Assembly (NCBI GenBank): GCA_022820485.1
Contig: JAJEFJ010000031.1
Span: forward strand, 2,491-66,490
Origin: Candidatus Latescibacterota bacterium
GTDB taxonomy: Bacteria > Latescibacterota > UBA2968 > UBA8231
Length of the DNA: 64,000 bases
Reading direction: 5' to 3'
The notes under the pieces were generated by a model that was not told the origin of the DNA, made no database searches, and was given only the letters and a program-made list of their open reading frames with translations. Of the stretch, positions 58,586 to 64,000 are shown in pieces. The position numbers and the translations under genes were made by a program. Numbering within the stretch: the stretch's first letter is position 1; every line of letters begins with the position of its first letter.

Positions 58586-59163
58586 GGGGTGGCGTACAAT
58601 CCTTTCGCAAGTATGTGAGCCTCGACCGCTTCGGGCACCATGTAGCGGATCGGTAGGCCAGCGGCCCGGCGCGACCTAATCTCGGTCGAGGACAGCTCAA
58701 TGAGCGGAGTATCTATGAAATGCAGAAGCGCCAGCAGCTTGGGGTCGTCGCTTGCCACCTCGCCGGGACGCGCCCCTACTACCACCGTACACTGGGCAAA
58801 AATGCCTTCGAGATCGTGCCACTCGTCTAGCTGGCCGATGTTGTCCGCGCCGATAATAAAAAATAGCGCAGCACGAGGATGAAGCTGGTGCAGCAGGCGC
58901 AGGGTTTCAACGGTATAGGACTTGCCCGGGCGGTCTAGCTCCAAGCGCGAGGCCGCAAAATCGGCGCAGTCAGCCACGGCTAGTTCAACCATGGTCCAGC
59001 GCTCCTCAGCCGGTGCGTACGCGCCCTGCTTGAGCGGCTGATCGGCTGCGGGAATGAAGAGCACTTCGTCGAGGGGGATTTGCTCTAAGGCGAAGCGGGC
59101 CAAGAGCAGATGGCCGTGGTGGATGGGGTCAAAACTGCCGCCGATGACGCCGATGCGCCGCAT
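58576..59163 (-). CDS. nadD: Nicotinate-nucleotide adenylyltransferase
   Basis: GGSFDPIHHGH, SYTVET, IIGAD, LSSTEIR. Confidence 0.95.
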   Translation of the reverse strand: MRRIGVIGGSFDPIHHGHLLLARFALEQIPLDEVLFIPAADQPLKQGAYAPAEERWTMVELAVADCADFAASRLELDRPGKSYTVETLRLLHQLHPRAALFFIIGADNIGQLDEWHDLEGIFAQCTVVVGARPGEVASDDPKLLALLHFIDTPLIELSSTEIRSRRAAGLPIRYMVPEAVEAHILAKGLYATPCS

Positions 59164-59165
59164 CT

Positions 59166-59912
59166 TTAGCCCGGCGATTGGCTCAGCCCGGATAGGTGCT
59201 TCTGCACGCCCTCCACCAGCTCCGGGTCGCCGCTGTCTTGCAGTACTTCCTTCCAATAGCGCACCGCTAGATCCACATCGCCTTGCTCGCGGGCGATTTC
59301 GCCCATGTGGAAAAGCGTGGTGTAATACCACTCACCGACATCCGGGTACTCGCGCAAAACTTCCTCGTAGGTCATTTTGGCCGCGTCGAGATGGCCCTGC
59401 TTGTGGTACAGGCGGCCACTTAGGTACTGCTTTTGCGCTAGGCGGCTCCGGCACTCGACGATGCGCTCGCGCGCCTGTTCCGCCAAGGGCGCGTCGGGAT
59501 TGTCTTCAATAAAGTTGCGGAAGGCCGTCAGGGCCTCAAAGGTCTCCTTCTGGTCGAGCTCTGGGCGGCGCAATTGCTTGAAGTACGACTCGCCTACCTT
59601 GAACTGCGCCTCAACCGCCCACTCGCTAGACGGATAAATATCGACGATGCGCTGATACTCAAAGGCGGCATTGACCCAATCGCGATTGCAAAAGTGCGCT
59701 TCGGCGAGGAGAAACTGCGCCTCGGCCACCCGGCGCGAGCCGGGAAAGTTGCTGACTAAGCGCTTGAAGTGTTCGGAGGCCTCTAGGCAGCGGTTTTTCT
59801 CCATGGCCTTTTGGCCTTCTTCAAAGTAGTAATCCGCGCCTTGGAGTTTCTCCGGCGGCGTGCTGGCGCAGGCGGCGACGCACAGGGCGAGCGGGAAAGC
59901 GAGATATTTCAT
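59166..59912 (-). CDS. bamD: Outer-membrane assembly lipoprotein BamD
   Basis: Lipobox VAAC, TPR helices, ELDQKET. Confidence 0.88.
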   Translation of the reverse strand: MKYLAFPLALCVAACASTPPEKLQGADYYFEEGQKAMEKNRCLEASEHFKRLVSNFPGSRRVAEAQFLLAEAHFCNRDWVNAAFEYQRIVDIYPSSEWAVEAQFKVGESYFKQLRRPELDQKETFEALTAFRNFIEDNPDAPLAEQARERIVECRSRLAQKQYLSGRLYHKQGHLDAAKMTYEEVLREYPDVGEWYYTTLFHMGEIAREQGDVDLAVRYWKEVLQDSGDPELVEGVQKHLSGLSQSPG

Positions 59913-59914
59913 AG

Positions 59915-60541
59915 CTAGCGGTTAGAAAAGAACAAATAGATAAGCCCACCGAGCACAGTGGAGACGATCACAGGTTCGACGAACTTGCTCCACGTTTGTT
60001 CCTCTAACTCGGTCTGGGCGAATTTGAACTGGTCGTGCTGGAGTAGGTCTAGCTGCTTTTTGGGGATCTGATCGCGCTGCGTGCGAGTGATTTCGTCCTG
60101 CCAGTGGACCACGTCGTCGCGCTCGTCGCTCAAGCGCAGGGCGAGCGTTACCCGGCCCTGGCGGCTGACTTTGCTGCCGCGCAGTCCCGAATACGCGGAG
60201 ACGCCCAAGTCGAGCACTCGGTAGGACAGGCGCATACTCGCCGGTTGGGCCGCGGTCGAATCCAAGGTCACGCTAAAGCCGCGCGTCAGCAGCCGGTTGG
60301 CCAGCAGGTGTTCAACCATCCAATTGGCATCGTGCTTGCTCTGCGCCACGATCAACAAGGGAGCCGACGCGGCATCCGCTGGCATTTCAATGCGCCCCAA
60401 ACTCTCATCGACCGCACTCGCCACGGTCTCGACCAACAAGTCCATATTGGTGGGAAAAGGAATGGCGGCCGACGCGGTGGCACCGATCATCAGCGCGGCC
60501 AAAAGGCGATAACAAATTCGCAACAAGATCGTTCTCATCAA
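59915..60541 (-). CDS. Hypothetical secreted/membrane protein
   Basis: Operonic; signal peptide and C-terminal hydrophobic EPVIV...YLFFSNR. Confidence 0.65.
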   Translation of the reverse strand: MMRTILLRICYRLLAALMIGATASAAIPFPTNMDLLVETVASAVDESLGRIEMPADAASAPLLIVAQSKHDANWMVEHLLANRLLTRGFSVTLDSTAAQPASMRLSYRVLDLGVSAYSGLRGSKVSRQGRVTLALRLSDERDDVVHWQDEITRTQRDQIPKKQLDLLQHDQFKFAQTELEEQTWSKFVEPVIVSTVLGGLIYLFFSNR

Positions 60542-61248
60542 CCACCGAGGTGTTTTATCTGTTCGCGGGCTGTGGGCACATATTCGCTGTCTGGATATTC
60601 ATCGACTAGCTTGCGCAAGGCCACAAGCGCCCGGTCGCGCTCGTCCAAAGCGAGGTGACAGCGGGCAATTTTTAGCTGGGAGTCGTCGGCTTTATCCGTG
60701 TTGCTGAAGGCAAACACCTTGGTGAATTCGATGAGCGCCTGCTGGTATTGGCGCAGCCCGTAATAGCACTCGCCTTTCCAATACTGGGCGTTATCGGACC
60801 ATTCGCTCAGGGGTGCTTTCTGCAGCAAGCGATCAAACTCGGCCAAGGCGCGGTCGTATTGTTTGTGGCGATAGTAGTAGAGCGCACCTTGGTACATGTT
60901 GAACGCATCGCTTTTGCCGCTATCGGACGTCGCCGTGGGGCGCGGCGACTGGGCGCGGCGCGGTAAAGAATCCAGTCGCGCACTTAGGACGCGGCTTTGG
61001 CTTTGGAGGGCTCTGAGTGCTTGCCGCAACTGGGCGTTGGACGCCTCTAGCTGGCGCACGCGCTCAGCCATGGCTTGCTCGCGCTCGTATGCGACCGCAA
61101 CAGCGCGTTCGAGGGACTGAAATGCTTCGCTTTCCTCTGGCTGGACCTCTTCCCGCTGGACGAGGGGTTGTTCGACCGGCGGCACAGGCGGCGCAGCACA
61201 AGCCCCAAGGCCCAAGGCCAACACCAACGCGCTCTTCGCGCTTTTCAT
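60538..61248 (-). CDS. CpoB/YbgF-like TPR lipoprotein
   Basis: Lipobox LGAC, coiled coil, DNAQYWKGECYY. Confidence 0.8.
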   Translation of the reverse strand: MKSAKSALVLALGLGACAAPPVPPVEQPLVQREEVQPEESEAFQSLERAVAVAYEREQAMAERVRQLEASNAQLRQALRALQSQSRVLSARLDSLPRRAQSPRPTATSDSGKSDAFNMYQGALYYYRHKQYDRALAEFDRLLQKAPLSEWSDNAQYWKGECYYGLRQYQQALIEFTKVFAFSNTDKADDSQLKIARCHLALDERDRALVALRKLVDEYPDSEYVPTAREQIKHLGG

Positions 61249-61333
61249 TGCATTTTTTATTGGAATCACAAATGAACCATCTTCGATAAATATAGCACAA
61301 TCCCCCTCTCCAGACCAAATCGCGCAAGGGACG

Positions 61334-61855
61334 TCACGCACACGCGCTGGGCAGCGCCTTGATGCGCTCGACTAATTGGGTAGTGGAAGTGCCCGGCCAC
61401 AGCGGCAAGGCGCGCACTTGGCCGCCGCGCACTTCGACGTATTCGCGGCCGACGATCGCGGCCGGGGTGTAATCGCCCCCCTTGACCAAGACATCGGGCG
61501 CGAGCGCGGCCACGAGGCCCTCGACGCTCTCACCCGAGAAGATACACACATGCGAAACGCATTCTAAAGCCGCGAGCACCGCGGCGCGGTCGTCTTGCGG
61601 GCAGACGGGCCGTCCGTGGCCCTTGAGGGCGCGGACCCCGTCGTCGTCGTTTAACCCCACCGCGAGACAGTCACCCAAGGCACGCGCCGCGCACAAGTAC
61701 TCGACGTGACCACGATGCAGCAAGTCAAAGCATCCATTGGTGAAGACGAAGGTCTGCCGCGCTTTTTTTAATTGGCTGCGGACGGCGAGCAACTGGTCGC
61801 ACGTAATGATTTTGGCGGGACCGACCAAGGTCGGCTGTGCATCGGGCGACTGCAT
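61334..61855 (-). CDS. rfaE2: D-glycero-beta-D-manno-heptose 1-phosphate adenylyltransferase
   Basis: FTNGCFDLLHRGH, LKGHGRP, VKGGDY, STT. Start moved downstream of tRNA-His. Confidence 0.92.
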   Translation of the reverse strand: MQSPDAQPTLVGPAKIITCDQLLAVRSQLKKARQTFVFTNGCFDLLHRGHVEYLCAARALGDCLAVGLNDDDGVRALKGHGRPVCPQDDRAAVLAALECVSHVCIFSGESVEGLVAALAPDVLVKGGDYTPAAIVGREYVEVRGGQVRALPLWPGTSTTQLVERIKALPSACA

Positions 61856-61877
61856 GGGCAAAGACGAGATTAGAAGA

Positions 61878-61955
61878 TGGGGTGGATGACGGGAGTTGAA
61901 CCCGCGCCCTCCAGGGCCACAACCTGGCGCTCTAACCAACTGAGCTACACCCACC
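61878..61955 (-). tRNA. tRNA-His(GTG)
   Basis: G(-1)GTGGGTGTAGCTCAGTTGGTTAGAGCGCCAGGTTGTGGCCCTGG...GGTTCAACTCC...CCCA. Confidence 0.96.
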
Positions 61956-61977
61956 ACCTAGATCTTGAGGGCTTGCA

Positions 61978-62054
61978 TGGCGTGCCCAGTAGGACTCGAA
62001 CCTACGACCGTCTGCTTAGAAGGCAGATGCTCTATCCAACTGAGCTATGGGCAC
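61978..62054 (-). tRNA. tRNA-Arg(TCT)
   Basis: GTGCCCATAGCTCAGTTGGATAGAGCATCTGCCTTCTAAGCAGA...GGTTCGAGTCC...GCCA. Confidence 0.97.
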
Positions 62055-62081
62055 ATCGCCAAGCGGTGCAAGCATTTAAAA

Positions 62082-62110
62082 ATATTAGGGCCTATCCCGC
62101 GCAAAGTCAA
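62082..62110 (-). promoter_or_regulatory. Sigma70 promoter of the tRNA-Arg/tRNA-His/rfaE2 run
   Basis: TTGACT-17 nt-TAATAT, 27 nt upstream of the tRNA. Confidence 0.7.
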
Positions 62111-62122
62111 CGCGACTCGCGG

Positions 62123-63178
62123 CTAGGCCGGGCCGACGCTTTCGTTGTTGACGGCCTGCACCAGCGCCCGCATATAGGCGATAGAGTACGCGACGCCGGC
62201 GCGGCTGCCTCCGATCATCTCGGGAATGTGGTCGGGAATGATGGCCCCGTCGAACTCGACGGCGCGCAGGGCCTGCATCACGCGGTGCATGTCCTGATAG
62301 CCGTCGTCCATCAGGGTTTCGACCCACGGGTCCGGCATGGGGTTGGAGACGTTGCGGAAGTGAATTTTGAAGAGCTTGTTGCGCGCACCAAAGTAGTGTA
62401 TCGCTTCTTCGACCGACGCCCCCATGCCCTGCTTGCCGCCCTCCAGCCAACAGCCGACGCACAGACAGACGCCGATATTGGGACTGTCGGCAATGTCCAT
62501 CGCCCGCTTGTACCCGGCAAAATTGCCGAAGATGCAGCGCGGTATTCCGCCTAGGGCATAGACCGGCGGGTCGTCGGGATGGATGCCGATATAAACTCCG
62601 ACTTCCTCGGCGACCGGCGCGACCTTGCGGATCATGTACTCGTAGTTTTCCCACAGCTCGTCTTCCGCGTAGGCGCGGCCGTGGGTCAAGTCGCCGGCAA
62701 AGGTCTCGCTGCCCCAGCGACCTGTGGCGCTTTTGATGTCGAGAGTCCGCGCGCTCATGCCGCCGCGGCGAGTGGTGCGGCCGGTGCTCCAGATGCCATT
62801 GCCCATGTGGGCGTACGTGTGGTAGTGGATGCCAGCGGCGCCGAGGTCGCGGATGAATTGGATTAATTCTGCGACTTTCTCGTCGCGGCCGGGCAGATTG
62901 AGCGTAATCTCCGGAACGTTGTGGACCGCGTGATTGGCGATGCGATAGATCTGCAGGCCGTATTGGGCAAAGCGCACGGCGAACTGTTTGTAGTGTTCGA
63001 CGCTGTGCAACGCCGGGTCGTCAATGCCGAGCATGACCCATTCGACGCCGAGCTGTTGGAAGAATTGCAAATCCTCGTCGCTGGCCTTGTGCGAGGTCTG
63101 AACGGCGACTTGGATTCCCGGTTTGCTGGAGTACAGGCCGGGGACGGCGCGCAATGCGTAGGGTCTGTTGGCGGTCAT
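62123..63178 (-). CDS. uxuA: Mannonate dehydratase family
   Basis: PVAEEVGVYIGIHPDDPP, IHFRNV, IPDHIP. Confidence 0.85.
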   Translation of the reverse strand: MTANRPYALRAVPGLYSSKPGIQVAVQTSHKASDEDLQFFQQLGVEWVMLGIDDPALHSVEHYKQFAVRFAQYGLQIYRIANHAVHNVPEITLNLPGRDEKVAELIQFIRDLGAAGIHYHTYAHMGNGIWSTGRTTRRGGMSARTLDIKSATGRWGSETFAGDLTHGRAYAEDELWENYEYMIRKVAPVAEEVGVYIGIHPDDPPVYALGGIPRCIFGNFAGYKRAMDIADSPNIGVCLCVGCWLEGGKQGMGASVEEAIHYFGARNKLFKIHFRNVSNPMPDPWVETLMDDGYQDMHRVMQALRAVEFDGAIIPDHIPEMIGGSRAGVAYSIAYMRALVQAVNNESVGPA

Positions 63179-63963
63179 AGAGTGCCTTCCTTTATCAGTT
63201 CGGAAACCGGCTGCGACCTTTCCCAGCGCAGCGCGACTTCTTGGTCAATACCGCAGAGCCAGTTCCAGGTGCGGATGCGCCGCACCCGATCGCGGTAGGA
63301 TTCAACTTCGGTTACATAGGGCAGGCGCAGACGATCGCGATAGGCGGGAATTTCCGCCGCATCGCAGCGCCAGTCTCGCTGTGGTGCAGCCGTGCGGTGG
63401 TAGGAGAACTTGATCATGCTGCGGGCGCGGTCGTTGGTTTTAGGACCGGCCTTGTGCCAGATGCCATAGCGGGTCAGCACCACCGTGCCGGCCGGCACCG
63501 TCAGCGAGACTTGGCCGAGGATGTCGCCGTAGTGGGCGATGGCCTCGCGATCGACGGCGCGGCAATGCGAGCCGGGCAGAACCATAGTTGGCCCGTCGAC
63601 GAGCGCGACGCTGTGCGGGTAGTAGTAGCACTGGAGTTCAAAGACGTCGTAGCCGCTGCCCGAAAGCCCGTCCGAATGCCAAGTCTGGCCGAAGTGCGGC
63701 TCCTTGAAAAAGTGGTGGTGGCCGCCTCGGGGCACCAAGAAATCCTCGCCCAACAGCGAGCGCGCGACCCCGGCGACTTGGGGATGCAGGAGCACCTGCT
63801 GAGTGAAGTCGTCCGCGGCGATAAAGGCGTCGCAATTGCCGGGAGCGAGGTCGTCGCAGCAGCGATTGAAGCCCTCGTCAATGACGCTTTCGAGGACCAC
63901 CAAGCCGGAGGCGACAAAGTCCATGACGCCATCGTCGTCTAGCGTCGGTTTAATTGGCGACAT
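63175..63963 (-). CDS. PhyH-like dioxygenase
   Basis: WHSDG, GPTMVLPGSH, IWHKA. Confidence 0.75.
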   Translation of the reverse strand: MSPIKPTLDDDGVMDFVASGLVVLESVIDEGFNRCCDDLAPGNCDAFIAADDFTQQVLLHPQVAGVARSLLGEDFLVPRGGHHHFFKEPHFGQTWHSDGLSGSGYDVFELQCYYYPHSVALVDGPTMVLPGSHCRAVDREAIAHYGDILGQVSLTVPAGTVVLTRYGIWHKAGPKTNDRARSMIKFSYHRTAAPQRDWRCDAAEIPAYRDRLRLPYVTEVESYRDRVRRIRTWNWLCGIDQEVALRWERSQPVSELIKEGTL

Positions 63964-64000
63964 CCGTTCCTCCTAAGCGAATTTTTCGAGCACGAACTCA

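Noticed and set aside
61856-62554. N-terminal extension of rfaE2 and the 225-aa ORF at 61877
   Set aside because: Both are translations through the two tRNA genes.
1-64000. CRISPR array, rRNA, transposase, integrase or reverse transcriptase
   Set aside because: No regularly spaced repeats with unique spacers and no ORF with the relevant motifs were seen.
63973-64000. 3' end of an upstream minus-strand gene (EFVLEKFA*)
   Set aside because: Too short to assign.

Overview
GC-rich bacterial chromosomal window. Gene content (PorU/PorV, T9SS-type C-terminal domains, ileS-dksA-lspA order, many PhyH dioxygenases, Gfo/Idh/MocA and enolase-family enzymes) suggests a non-Bacteroidetes FCB-group organism such as a Latescibacterota-like lineage; this taxonomy is inference. 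Bases 1-13.8 kb hold a minus-strand envelope locus: porU-like C25 protein, porV, an M6-like/FG-GAP/CTD protein, a gluzincin-PD40-Omp85 fusion and a DUF5683-like gene. A Dam-like methylase plus HNH nuclease pair sits inside it. In this locus the PorU catalytic Cys reads Ser and the M6 zinc motif is destroyed, while the Omp85-fused HEXXH protease looks intact. porV and the Omp85 gene also share a duplicated leader and signal-peptide start. The rest is housekeeping (rpmB, secDF, ileS, lspA, rluD, ddl, htpG, proA, thrC, nadD, bamD, rfaE2, three tRNAs) and catabolic genes, with small low-GC inserts, gene fragments and two orphan antitoxins. Small elements include two copies of a 103-bp MITE in AATTCCT heptamer tracts and a self-nested 24-bp palindrome. 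No CRISPR array, rRNA, transposase or integrase was seen. Family assignments come from motif recognition only; no database search was run.
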